Source: a virus
Strand: one strand, 5' to 3'
Virus record (IMG/VR): IMGVR_UViG_3300027833_000016
Length of the DNA: 64,000 nt
The notes under the pieces are model-generated. The model searched no databases. It was not told the origin of the DNA and worked only from the letters and a program-made list of their open reading frames with translations. Made by a program: the position numbers and the translations under genes. This document shows, in pieces, positions 9,899 through 19,193 of this stretch; position 1 is the first letter of the stretch; every line of letters begins with the position of its first letter.

Positions 9899-12800
9899 GT
9901 GGCAAAGTCGAACATACCGCTAAAGGCAGAAGGAACAAATGGTGATCTGAAGGAGTTAACTCCTACGGAAGAGCATTACCTCGCCTATCAAGCAGGACTG
10001 CAATTAGCGGCAGGTACCACAGACGCAGGTACTCTACATAAAACTACTGGTACCACTATCGGTACGTTCGTTGATACTTACTACAATGAGGCAGACGGCA
10101 CACACCCTGCCTCTGCCATAACTTCTGGTAGTACATCTACTCCCCTAAAGCAAATACAAGGTACTGCTAACTACACTGGTGCGAACTATCGCAGACCAGT
10201 AGGGTATCTGAACAGTGGTGCCGAAGGTCTATATGAATTCCCCGACTCTGATATGTCTATTCTTACGACTAGACTTAATGCTCGTATTGCTCTATCAGAT
10301 TATCCCGGAACATATAAACTAGGAACCTCTGCTCCGTCAAGTGACTATAGTGCCTTACTGTCAAACGTATACACCGATACATTAGGTAACGGAACAAGCA
10401 CAGTATACAACATCTACAAACGAAATACAATGTCTGCCCCCTCAACTATCAGACCTATGGGTTTGGTTGGTTCTGATTCGGCAGGGTCGTTTAGTGGTAT
10501 TCGTGAACTAAATGATAACGAGATCAAGCATACGTTTGGTCAACACGCCAAGACAGAACGTGCAGTAGTAGGTAACATTGGTTCTTATCAGTTAAGATCT
10601 GCTACCCAAGGTGTTCCTTCTGCTTCTGGTACATGGGCGGCAAAGGGTACTGCTACTAATACAAAGAGAACAACTTCGGAAGTTGCGTACACAAGAACTC
10701 GCGCATCCGCATATACTCGTACTCGTGGTTCTGCTTATGCAAGAACTCGTACTTCGGCATACACAAGAAATTCTCTTCAGACCTTTACTGGTACTTACGC
10801 AGGTGACTTTGTAGGTAACTACACTCGTGCCTTTGCAGGTAACTATGCAAGAAACTTTGCAGGAAACTACGTTGGAGACTTCATTGGTAACTATCAACGT
10901 ACTCGTGTGTCTCAGTACACAACTAATTTCACAGACGTATTTACTAGAAACTTCGTAGGCAACTATCAGCGTATTCGAGTATCAAATTATACTCGTGACC
11001 GTATTACTGTATTTACTGGTAACTTCATAGGAAACTATGTTCGTACTCGTATCTCTGCATATGCTAGAACAAGTACTCGAACAAGAAATAGTAACTACAT
11101 TAGAACTCGAACCTCTGCATACACGACTGTCTTTGCAGGTAACTATGTTGGAGACTTTGTAGGCAACTACTCACGAACTCGTGTGTCTGGTTACTCTGGT
11201 GCTTACACTAGAATAAGAAACTCTGCCTATATTAGAACTCGTACTTCAACATATACGCGTGATCGTGTTACAAACTTTACTGGTGACTTCATTGGTAACT
11301 ACTCAAGGACTCGTAGTTCTGCATATATCCGTGATAGACTAGTAACCTTTACTGGTGACTATGTTGGTAACTATAGCAGAACATTCGTAGGCAACTATGC
11401 CCGAACGTTTGTTGGTAACTATGCTCGTGCCTTTGCAGGTAACTATGTTGGCAACTATGCGAGGATCTCAACAAGAACTCGCGCATCCAACTACACTGGT
11501 AACTACAGTAGATCATTTGCAGGAAATTACATAGGCAACTATGCTCGTGCCTTTGCAGGGGACTACATAGGCAACTACAGTAGAACTTTCGTAGGTGACT
11601 TCATTGGTAACTTTACTGGCAACTATGCTCGTGGGTTTGCAGGAAATTACATAGGCAACTATGCTCGTGGATTTACTGGTGATTTCATTGGTAACTTCAC
11701 TGGCAACTATGCTCGTGGGTTTGCAGGTGACTATGTTGGTAACTATGCTCGTGGATTCTTAGGCAACTATGGTCGTACCAGATACTCTGCATACATTCGA
11801 AACAGTACTAGAATCTCTACTCGTATTCTTAACTATACCAGAATATCGACTCGTACCTCTACTCGCATTCTAGACTATCAGCGTACATCCACAAGAACTA
11901 GCACACCTACCGAAACGTACACACGAATTGGTTACTATGCAGGTGACTTCATTGGTAACTATACGCGTATCAGTACAAACACTGGTACCTATATTCGTAT
12001 CAGAACTGCGACAGGAACGTACACAAGAGATCGTACTGCTACAGGAACATACATTAGAATTCGTATTCCTACTAGCACAAACACTGGAACGTACACACGA
12101 AACCGTATTGCCGCATACCTTGGTAACTATAATAGACTCCGAATTGCTATCAGTACAAACACTGGTACATATATTAGAACTCGTATTGCCTCATACATTG
12201 GTAACTACGGAAGACTTCGTATTGCAATCAGTACAAACACTGGTACTTATATCCGTATCCGTACTGCCGCGTACCTTGGTAACTATACTCGTACATTATA
12301 CTACGCAGGTAACTTCGCAGGTAACTACACTCGTACTCTATACTATACTGGTAACTATACTCGTACCTTATACTATATCGGTAACTTCACTGGTAACTAT
12401 ACTCGTACATTGTATTACACAGGTAACTATACTCGTACTCTTTATTACATTGGTAACTACACTGGTAACTACACGAGAAACCTTGCATACCTTGGTAACT
12501 ATGCCAGAACTCGCACCGCTACTGGCACATACATTAGAATTCGCACCGCTACTGGCACATACATTAGAATTCGTACTATTATTGGTACATACATTCGTAC
12601 CTCGACCAGATCACGTCTTTCGCAACCGTCATACACAAGAACATCGACTCGTACTTCTACTCGCAGTGTTGCATATACGCGAATAGGGGGTAAAGGTGGT
12701 ACTACCACTTTTTACTACATTGGTACTGGTTACTACGCAGGTAACTTCACTGGTAACTACGCAAGAAACCTATACTACGCAGGTAACTTCACTGGTAACT

Positions 12801-14773
12801 ATGCCAGAACATTGTACTACACTGGTAACTATACCAGAACATTGTACTACACTGGTAACTATGCCAGAACATTGTATTACATTGGTAACTATTCTCGTAA
12901 CCGTATTGCTATTGGCACATACATTAGAATTCGTGTTCCTACTCGCACCGCTACTGGTACTTACATTAGAATCCGTGCCGCTACTGGTACATACATTCGT
13001 ATACGACTAACCAACCGTATTGCTACTGGCACATACATTAGAATTCGTACTGCGACTGGTACATACATTCGTACCTCTACAAGAACTAGTACTCCTACAG
13101 GAACTTATACTAGGAACCGTATTGGTTCGTACACAGGTAACTATACTCGTACATTGTATTATACTGGTAACTATACTGGAGATTACTCTAGAAACCGTAT
13201 TGGTTCATATGCAGGTAACTATCAGCGTACTTTATATTATACTGGTAATTATCTTGGTAACTATACTAGAAACCGTATTGCCGCATACCTTGGTAACTAT
13301 CAGCGTACTCTGTATTATATCGGAAACTATACTGGTAATTACACTAGAACATTGTACTATATCGGAAACTATACCCGAACTCTATATTACACTGGTAACT
13401 ATCAGCGTACCTTATATTATACTGGTGACTACACTAGAAACTCTACTCGTACCTCTACTCGTATCCTTGGGTACACTAGAATCGGTTCATACGCAGGTGA
13501 CTTCGTAGGTAACTATACGCGTATTGGTTTCTATGCAGGTAACTATACTGGTGACTATGTTCGAACAGGATACTATACTGGTGACTTTATAGGTAACTAT
13601 GCTCGTGCGTTTGTTGGTGACTATTCACGGAATCGTATATCTACCTATAATAGAACATCAACACGGAATCGTATCTCGACTTACATTAGAACTCGTGTTA
13701 CTAACTATACTCGTAACCGTATCTCGACTTATACTCGCGACTCAACTCGTAACCGTATCTCTACTTATATTAGAACTCGTGTTACTAACTATACTCGTAA
13801 CCGTATCTCTGCGTATGCAAGAACCAGTACGCGTAGTCGTATCTCTGCATATGCTAGGACTAGTACTCGTGCAAGATCTTCTGCTTATATTAGAATCCGT
13901 GCGTCAACCTTTGCAGGTAACTATACTGGCGAATATTTAAGAACCTCGACTCGTACTCGTAACAGTTCTTATATCCGTAACCGCATATCAACCTACACTA
14001 GAAACCGTGTGTCTGCATATGCTCGTACTCGTATCACAGATTATGTTGCAAACTATGTCGGCAACTACTCACGAACGTTTGTGGGAGAGTACACGCGTAA
14101 CAGTATTCAAGTCTTTGCAGGTAACTTCGTAGGCAACTATGCAAGAAACTTTGTGGGTAACTATTCTCGTTCATTCGAAGGTAACTACACAGGAACATAC
14201 AGTAGGAACTTTGCAGGAGAATACACAAGAACTCGTGTTACTGATTCTGTTGGCGAATACACAGGAAACTTTACTCGTAACTTCGTAGGTGACTATACTC
14301 GTAACTTCGCAGGAGATTACGTTGGAAACTACACTCGTGGGTTTGTCGGAGAATATACTCGTGACAGTATAGCAACCTTTGCAGGTAACTTTGTCGGTAA
14401 CTACTCAAGAGACTTTGCAGGAGAGTATGCAAGAACTCGTGTAAGTAACTACACTGGGGACTTCGTTGGTAACTTCACTAGAAACTTCGTTGGAGAATAT
14501 AGCAGAAACTCAGTAAGAACTTCAACACGAACTCGTGCATCTACTTTCACTCGTAGTCGTATCTCTGCGTATGCAAGAACATCCACAAGAGTTAGTGCTG
14601 ATGATTTCGTAGGAGATTTCACAGGAAACTTTACTCGCGACTTCGCAGGTAACTATTCTAGAGCGTTTACAGGTAATTATAGTAGGAACTTCGCAGGTAA
14701 CTATGTTGGTACTACAGTTAATTCAGGAACAGAAGTAATAGAGACGTATACATTGTATGTAAGAGTCGCATAA
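9899..14773 (+). CDS. Self-complementary repeat protein B (predicted giant beta-hairpin virion fibre)
   Basis: GTG start; late promoter at 9855; shares an N-terminal domain (ARIALSDYPG, GSYxLR, GTWAxKGTATNT) with the 6603 gene; 1338-aa repeat array; C-terminal ETYTLYVRVA. Confidence 0.85.
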   Translation: MAKSNIPLKAEGTNGDLKELTPTEEHYLAYQAGLQLAAGTTDAGTLHKTTGTTIGTFVDTYYNEADGTHPASAITSGSTSTPLKQIQGTANYTGANYRRPVGYLNSGAEGLYEFPDSDMSILTTRLNARIALSDYPGTYKLGTSAPSSDYSALLSNVYTDTLGNGTSTVYNIYKRNTMSAPSTIRPMGLVGSDSAGSFSGIRELNDNEIKHTFGQHAKTERAVVGNIGSYQLRSATQGVPSASGTWAAKGTATNTKRTTSEVAYTRTRASAYTRTRGSAYARTRTSAYTRNSLQTFTGTYAGDFVGNYTRAFAGNYARNFAGNYVGDFIGNYQRTRVSQYTTNFTDVFTRNFVGNYQRIRVSNYTRDRITVFTGNFIGNYVRTRISAYARTSTRTRNSNYIRTRTSAYTTVFAGNYVGDFVGNYSRTRVSGYSGAYTRIRNSAYIRTRTSTYTRDRVTNFTGDFIGNYSRTRSSAYIRDRLVTFTGDYVGNYSRTFVGNYARTFVGNYARAFAGNYVGNYARISTRTRASNYTGNYSRSFAGNYIGNYARAFAGDYIGNYSRTFVGDFIGNFTGNYARGFAGNYIGNYARGFTGDFIGNFTGNYARGFAGDYVGNYARGFLGNYGRTRYSAYIRNSTRISTRILNYTRISTRTSTRILDYQRTSTRTSTPTETYTRIGYYAGDFIGNYTRISTNTGTYIRIRTATGTYTRDRTATGTYIRIRIPTSTNTGTYTRNRIAAYLGNYNRLRIAISTNTGTYIRTRIASYIGNYGRLRIAISTNTGTYIRIRTAAYLGNYTRTLYYAGNFAGNYTRTLYYTGNYTRTLYYIGNFTGNYTRTLYYTGNYTRTLYYIGNYTGNYTRNLAYLGNYARTRTATGTYIRIRTATGTYIRIRTIIGTYIRTSTRSRLSQPSYTRTSTRTSTRSVAYTRIGGKGGTTTFYYIGTGYYAGNFTGNYARNLYYAGNFTGNYARTLYYTGNYTRTLYYTGNYARTLYYIGNYSRNRIAIGTYIRIRVPTRTATGTYIRIRAATGTYIRIRLTNRIATGTYIRIRTATGTYIRTSTRTSTPTGTYTRNRIGSYTGNYTRTLYYTGNYTGDYSRNRIGSYAGNYQRTLYYTGNYLGNYTRNRIAAYLGNYQRTLYYIGNYTGNYTRTLYYIGNYTRTLYYTGNYQRTLYYTGDYTRNSTRTSTRILGYTRIGSYAGDFVGNYTRIGFYAGNYTGDYVRTGYYTGDFIGNYARAFVGDYSRNRISTYNRTSTRNRISTYIRTRVTNYTRNRISTYTRDSTRNRISTYIRTRVTNYTRNRISAYARTSTRSRISAYARTSTRARSSAYIRIRASTFAGNYTGEYLRTSTRTRNSSYIRNRISTYTRNRVSAYARTRITDYVANYVGNYSRTFVGEYTRNSIQVFAGNFVGNYARNFVGNYSRSFEGNYTGTYSRNFAGEYTRTRVTDSVGEYTGNFTRNFVGDYTRNFAGDYVGNYTRGFVGEYTRDSIATFAGNFVGNYSRDFAGEYARTRVSNYTGDFVGNFTRNFVGEYSRNSVRTSTRTRASTFTRSRISAYARTSTRVSADDFVGDFTGNFTRDFAGNYSRAFTGNYSRNFAGNYVGTTVNSGTEVIETYTLYVRVA
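10691..14704 (+). repeat. Coding 12/18-nt-unit repeat array of protein B (two 1986-nt arms around a 42-nt tip)
   Basis: Arms 10691-12676 and 12719-14704; 134 tetrapeptides and 21 hexapeptides each. Confidence 0.9.
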
Positions 14774-14778
14774 AAGAC

Positions 14779-14808
14779 TTGACATACCATGATGATATAT
14801 AGTATAAT
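14779..14808 (+). promoter_or_regulatory. sigma70-type early promoter
   Basis: TTGACA-N18-TATAAT. Confidence 0.8.
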
Positions 14809-14840
14809 GGTAATTGAATTTTAATCGGAGATGAAGTAAG

Positions 14841-15305
14841 ATGAGTTATAAAAGATGGATGGATAATGCATTCTGGGAAGATGATACTAAAGAGAAGTTG
14901 AATTGTATCCTAGAGATAATGGATGACGTGGAACGCGAGACACGACAAGTAATGTTGTTGCAACGCACTAACAAAGACGGAACGCCAAACGAACTGTTCA
15001 ATGAAGTTATTGATGATCTAGGTGTAGAGTCGGTTGATCGAAACACCGAAGACCGTAAGGTACGCAAGGCGGCAGAGAAGGAAGAAGGTCAACAAAGAGA
15101 TGTTGAGTTTGCTCGTGCGCGGAAGTTGGAAGAACTGTTCAACTACAAGTTGGAGATCTTTGAGACCGAAGAGATTAAGAACTCTAAGAATCGTAAACTC
15201 AAAGGTAAGTTGAGACGCGCCAAGTCTAAGATTGAAGTAAACTTATATGCAATGATGTTGTTGCAAGAGGTTCTTGAACCAACGGAAGTAGTTGCTGATG
15301 AGTGA
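14841..15305 (+). CDS. Hypothetical acidic/basic helical protein
   Basis: GGAG RBS; sigma70-type promoter at 14779; first gene of a 3-gene operon. Confidence 0.75.
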   Translation: MSYKRWMDNAFWEDDTKEKLNCILEIMDDVERETRQVMLLQRTNKDGTPNELFNEVIDDLGVESVDRNTEDRKVRKAAEKEEGQQRDVEFARARKLEELFNYKLEIFETEEIKNSKNRKLKGKLRRAKSKIEVNLYAMMLLQEVLEPTEVVADE

Positions 15306-16035
15306 TAAGACTGAAGGATATGTACTGGTTGCATCCAATAAGATTAACTTCTATAGGTATGCAATCAATCTAGCAGAGTCTATCTTAGACTTCTATCCTG
15401 ATGCCAAGATTACTTTGTTCTGCGAAGAATGGATGTTCGAAGAACTTCATCGTGATCTCTTTGATAATGTTGAATGGTGTACTGGACACTACCGTGCCAA
15501 GTTAGAAGGTATGGCAAGATCTCCTTATGACCTAACCATGTACCTTGATGTTGATATGGAAGTAGAACACGAAGACATTAGTACTTGTTTCCAAATCTTG
15601 AGAGATAGCGAACACGATATGTTGTTCTCTGCATTGACCGATGATAGATCATATGTCTATGCTGAACGAGACTTTGACACCCCCGAAGGTAAGGCAAAGT
15701 TTACTCTATGTGGTGGTATATGTTTGTATGATATGACAGTACCTATCATCAAAGAGTTTGTTGCAGAATGGGAAGACTTGACCAAGAGACAAATGGATAA
15801 GGAATGGTGGCCAGAAGGTTACATCGATTCCCTGAAGTCTTGGGATCAGTTCTCTCTATGGTGGTTGACAGAGAAGGAAGATAAGTACAAAGATTTAAAC
15901 TATGGCATCATCTATGATGATCTGCGATGGAACTATTACAACGCTTTTAATTGGCATAAGACCAAACCAGAGTCAGGGCCAGTTATTGTACGGCACTACT
16001 CGTGCGGATTAGATAAGGACGGACACATATTATGA
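15298..16035 (+). CDS. GT-A fold glycosyltransferase-like protein
   Basis: SPYDLTMYLDVD (DxD), GGICLY, WDQFSL, VRHY; ATG at 15298 preferred over TTG at 15292. Confidence 0.7.
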   Translation: MSDKTEGYVLVASNKINFYRYAINLAESILDFYPDAKITLFCEEWMFEELHRDLFDNVEWCTGHYRAKLEGMARSPYDLTMYLDVDMEVEHEDISTCFQILRDSEHDMLFSALTDDRSYVYAERDFDTPEGKAKFTLCGGICLYDMTVPIIKEFVAEWEDLTKRQMDKEWWPEGYIDSLKSWDQFSLWWLTEKEDKYKDLNYGIIYDDLRWNYYNAFNWHKTKPESGPVIVRHYSCGLDKDGHIL

Positions 16036-16727
16036 GTTATATGCAAGACATACCAATTAAAAACAGAGAACTGTTGCAGAGATTAGACGCATACAGAGAC
16101 TTTCTCTTGGATGATAAAGAACAGTTCCAGAAGGACTTCCATCTTTCGTGTTCACAAGAGGCAAGTCAACGTCACTTCTGGGCAGGTAAAGATCATCTAG
16201 AAGAGATCCAAGCACAGGGAAGCAGACACGAAGGTTTCCCCGATAAGATGTATGGATATGAGATGAGTATTGGTCGCAAAGACCATGAGTTCTTTGAGGG
16301 AGACACCCATCCATCTATACGAACTAAACGAACGGCAGACATTGCCTTTATGAACAAAGATATTATGCAATGGTTGGGCACTCGTTGTAATGCTCTTACT
16401 GCATGGTATCCTCCCGGTGGTTTCATCTCTTGGCACAACAATGCTAACGCGGCCGCATACAATCTAATATTCTCATGGTCTGAAACTGGAGACGGACAAT
16501 TTGAGTATGTAGATCCTGTATCGAAAGAAATTGTCGTTATGAAGGATAAGCAGGGTTGGAACTGTAAGGCGGCATACTTTGGTCACTATGGTGAACCAGA
16601 GAACCTATTCTATCATGCGGCAAAGACCGACTGTTGGAGATGCACAGTATCATTCACATTTGATATCTCACAAGCATCTGTAGACTACAGAGACGATTTA
16701 ATAGAAGAAATCACCTCAGAAATCTAA
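16032..16727 (+). CDS. 2OG-Fe(II) oxygenase-like (DSBH) protein
   Basis: YPPGGFISWHNN...FYHAA...R motif pattern; paralogue of the 36720 gene. Confidence 0.65.
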   Translation: MSYMQDIPIKNRELLQRLDAYRDFLLDDKEQFQKDFHLSCSQEASQRHFWAGKDHLEEIQAQGSRHEGFPDKMYGYEMSIGRKDHEFFEGDTHPSIRTKRTADIAFMNKDIMQWLGTRCNALTAWYPPGGFISWHNNANAAAYNLIFSWSETGDGQFEYVDPVSKEIVVMKDKQGWNCKAAYFGHYGEPENLFYHAAKTDCWRCTVSFTFDISQASVDYRDDLIEEITSEI

Positions 16728-16755
16728 GTTTGTTGGAACTCCAGTTTCCAAAACA

Positions 16756-16763
16756 TATAAATA
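16756..16763 (+). promoter_or_regulatory. gp55 late promoter
   Basis: Intergenic TATAAATA upstream of 16800. Confidence 0.85.
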
Positions 16764-16799
16764 AAACCATACACATATAATAAGGTTTGAGAGACTGGA

Positions 16800-17159
16800 A
16801 TGGCAGATTACGAAGATTTTACTATCGACCAAGGTGCGGATGTAGCAATTGAACTACACCTGCAAGAACAGGATGGTTCTGTTAAGAACCTCACTGGTCA
16901 CACACTTGCGGCAAAGATGAAGCGGAGTTATAACTCTGTGGACTCTGATGAAATAGTATCCTTTACAGCAACTATCGCAGATCCCGCTTCTGATGGGATA
17001 GGCATCTTGGCACTCACAAATACTCAATCTGGCGCATTAAACGCAAGACTTAGATATGTCTATGACGTAGAACTGTCCTTTATAGACAGCGGATCTAACA
17101 CAATCATCGAACGAATACTGGAAGGAAAGATTAAAGTCAATCCTTCGGTAACAAGGTAA
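16800..17159 (+). CDS. Small virion structural protein (IDQGAD...YVYDVEL...RILEG family)
   Basis: Late promoter at 16756; motif common in myophage baseplate/fibre adaptor proteins. Confidence 0.65.
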   Translation: MADYEDFTIDQGADVAIELHLQEQDGSVKNLTGHTLAAKMKRSYNSVDSDEIVSFTATIADPASDGIGILALTNTQSGALNARLRYVYDVELSFIDSGSNTIIERILEGKIKVNPSVTR

Positions 17160-17164
17160 CCAAT

Positions 17165-17389
17165 ATGGCAACTACTGTATCCCTTCGGGGCAAGACTAAA
17201 GTAAAGAGAGTCATAGTAGGGAAACCTGTTAGACGTGTTATTGAAGCAGGTAATAGCATCAACGCGATAACTGGTGTTAACACAGATGGTGCAGTTGAAG
17301 GATCAATATTGGTTTATAATGCATCAACTACAGCATGGGAAGCAACGACAACTTTAGATCAACAAGAACTTAACGGAGGCCAATACTAA
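17165..17389 (+). CDS. Small fibre-associated structural protein
   Basis: GSILVYNASTTAW and C-terminal LNGGQY; coupled to the next gene. Confidence 0.6.
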   Translation: MATTVSLRGKTKVKRVIVGKPVRRVIEAGNSINAITGVNTDGAVEGSILVYNASTTAWEATTTLDQQELNGGQY

Positions 17390-19164
17390 TGGCATCATTA
17401 CTAAGAATTAAAAGAAGTGCGACTTCGGGAAATCCGTCTGCACTTGGTCAAGGTGAATTAGCATATTCATACTTGGCAGACAACGGAAGCAATGGTGGTG
17501 ATAGACTATACATTGGTACTGGCAGTGAAATCGCAGGTAATGCGGTCAATCACGAAATCATTGGTGGTAAGTATTTCACAGCGAAACTGGATCATGCATT
17601 AGGTACACTGACCCCGAACAGTGCTATCCTAGTAGACGCAAACAGTAAGATTGATATACTTAACGTTGATAACCTAACTCTCAACGGCAACACGATTAGT
17701 ACTACCGATACAAACGGTAACCTAATAGTATCTCCTCATGGGTCAGGTGTTGTATCTGTAGCAGGGAGCAGAATTTCCCACCTACTTACTCCAACCGCAG
17801 ATTCCGATGCAACAACTAAAGCATATGTTGATGGTAAGTTTGCCGCAGTTGATGTCGTATTCTCTCTAGCAGGTGATGGTGGTACAGACACATTCAACGC
17901 AGGTACAGGAACATTAACGTTCGATGGTGGAACTGGTCTTACTAGTGCCGTCACAGACGATCAAGTATCTTATGCACTAGACAATACTGCCGTAACCGCA
18001 GGGTCATATGGATCAGCAAGTGCTATTCCTACCTTCACAGTAGACGCACAAGGTCGATTGACTGCCGCAGGTACCGCAAGTATCTCTACTGAGTTGACTG
18101 TTAACGGTGCCCCAATCTCATTAGCAGACTCCGCATTATCCTTTGCCGCATCTGGTAATGGTATTGCGATGGGTTTCAACCATGCTACTAACACAGTAAC
18201 ATACACAACCTCCGATGCTACTACATCTGGCAAGGGTGTTGCACAGTTCCTAGATTCTGACTTTGCAGTCGCTTCTGGTATTGTTAGTCTCAAGGGTAAT
18301 GTGTTATCTCATGTAACCACTGATACTGGTGCCATGACTCTACCTAACCATAGTATCTCTATACTTGGTGGTGAGGGCATGAATGTCACTCACGCAGATC
18401 AAAGTATTGCGATCACTGGTGAAGACGCTACTACAACCAACAAAGGTATTGCATCTTTTGCTTCGGCAGACTTTGATGTATCCTCTGGTGCAGTTAGTCT
18501 TAAAGCAGGTTCGGTTGCTAACGGTGACCTCGCGAATGACGGTATTACTATTGGTGATACTGATACTTCTTTGGGTGGAACAGTTACAGATCTTACTGGT
18601 CTGACTGGCGCAACTATTGACACTATCCGTATTAACGGAAACACCATTAGCACAAACGGTTCTACTAATGAGTTGATCTTAGATCCATTAGGTGGTGACA
18701 GTGTTACTGGTAAGGTTGTCATTCTTGGTGACCTCCAAGTCAACGGTACACAAACTATAATTAACTCAGTCAATATGTCGGTTAACGATAAGACATTGAC
18801 TCTGGCAGACAGTGCCGCAGACGCAGCCGCGGCAAACGGTGCAGGTATCGTAATCGCAGGGGCAAGTGCTAACCTAGTATATGCCGCATCTGGTGATAAG
18901 TGGACTGCCAACAAAACGTTTGATGCACCTGAGATCATGCGTAACGGTGTTGCACTAGAAGAGTATATTGAAGACATCATGGGTGCATCTATTGCAGTCG
19001 GTGAAGGTCTTGACTTTGCTTACAATGATACCGCAGGTACACATACATTCACTGCGGAGATAGCAACAATTACAAACAAAGGTGTTGCGTCATATGATAG
19101 TGACGTATTTACTGTAACATCTGGTGCGGTAACTGTAACCTCACTTGATGGCGGTACATACTAA
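17389..19164 (+). CDS. Tail fibre-like protein
   Basis: N-terminal IKRS..P..L.QGELAY; VTAGSYGS...VDAQGRLTAA; repeated ATxxxKGVAxFxSxDFxVxSGxV; C-terminal LDGGTY. Confidence 0.75.
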   Translation: MASLLRIKRSATSGNPSALGQGELAYSYLADNGSNGGDRLYIGTGSEIAGNAVNHEIIGGKYFTAKLDHALGTLTPNSAILVDANSKIDILNVDNLTLNGNTISTTDTNGNLIVSPHGSGVVSVAGSRISHLLTPTADSDATTKAYVDGKFAAVDVVFSLAGDGGTDTFNAGTGTLTFDGGTGLTSAVTDDQVSYALDNTAVTAGSYGSASAIPTFTVDAQGRLTAAGTASISTELTVNGAPISLADSALSFAASGNGIAMGFNHATNTVTYTTSDATTSGKGVAQFLDSDFAVASGIVSLKGNVLSHVTTDTGAMTLPNHSISILGGEGMNVTHADQSIAITGEDATTTNKGIASFASADFDVSSGAVSLKAGSVANGDLANDGITIGDTDTSLGGTVTDLTGLTGATIDTIRINGNTISTNGSTNELILDPLGGDSVTGKVVILGDLQVNGTQTIINSVNMSVNDKTLTLADSAADAAAANGAGIVIAGASANLVYAASGDKWTANKTFDAPEIMRNGVALEEYIEDIMGASIAVGEGLDFAYNDTAGTHTFTAEIATITNKGVASYDSDVFTVTSGAVTVTSLDGGTY

Positions 19165-19175
19165 GAAACAATAAT

Positions 19176-19193
19176 CCCCCTTATATAAGGGGG
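19176..19193. other. Perfect 18-bp intergenic palindrome
   Basis: cccccttatataaggggg between two fibre genes. Confidence 0.8.

Noticed and set aside
11928-13940. Long alternative-frame ORFs rich in LVTILV (11928, 12696, 13020, 13599)
   Set aside because: They are shifted readings of the repeat codons, without RBS or plausible starts.
7437-14704. ggtaacta/actcgt repeats as a CRISPR array or DGR template/variable repeats
   Set aside because: The repeats are in-frame coding units with synonymous variation. There is no constant repeat-spacer period, no cas or reverse transcriptase gene, and no adenine-specific pattern noticed.
10691-14704. DNA/RNA inverted repeat as the cause of the arm symmetry
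   Set aside because: The reverse complement of GNY codons (atagttacc) does not match the partner RTR codons (cgtactcgt/agaactcgt), so the symmetry exists only at the amino-acid level.
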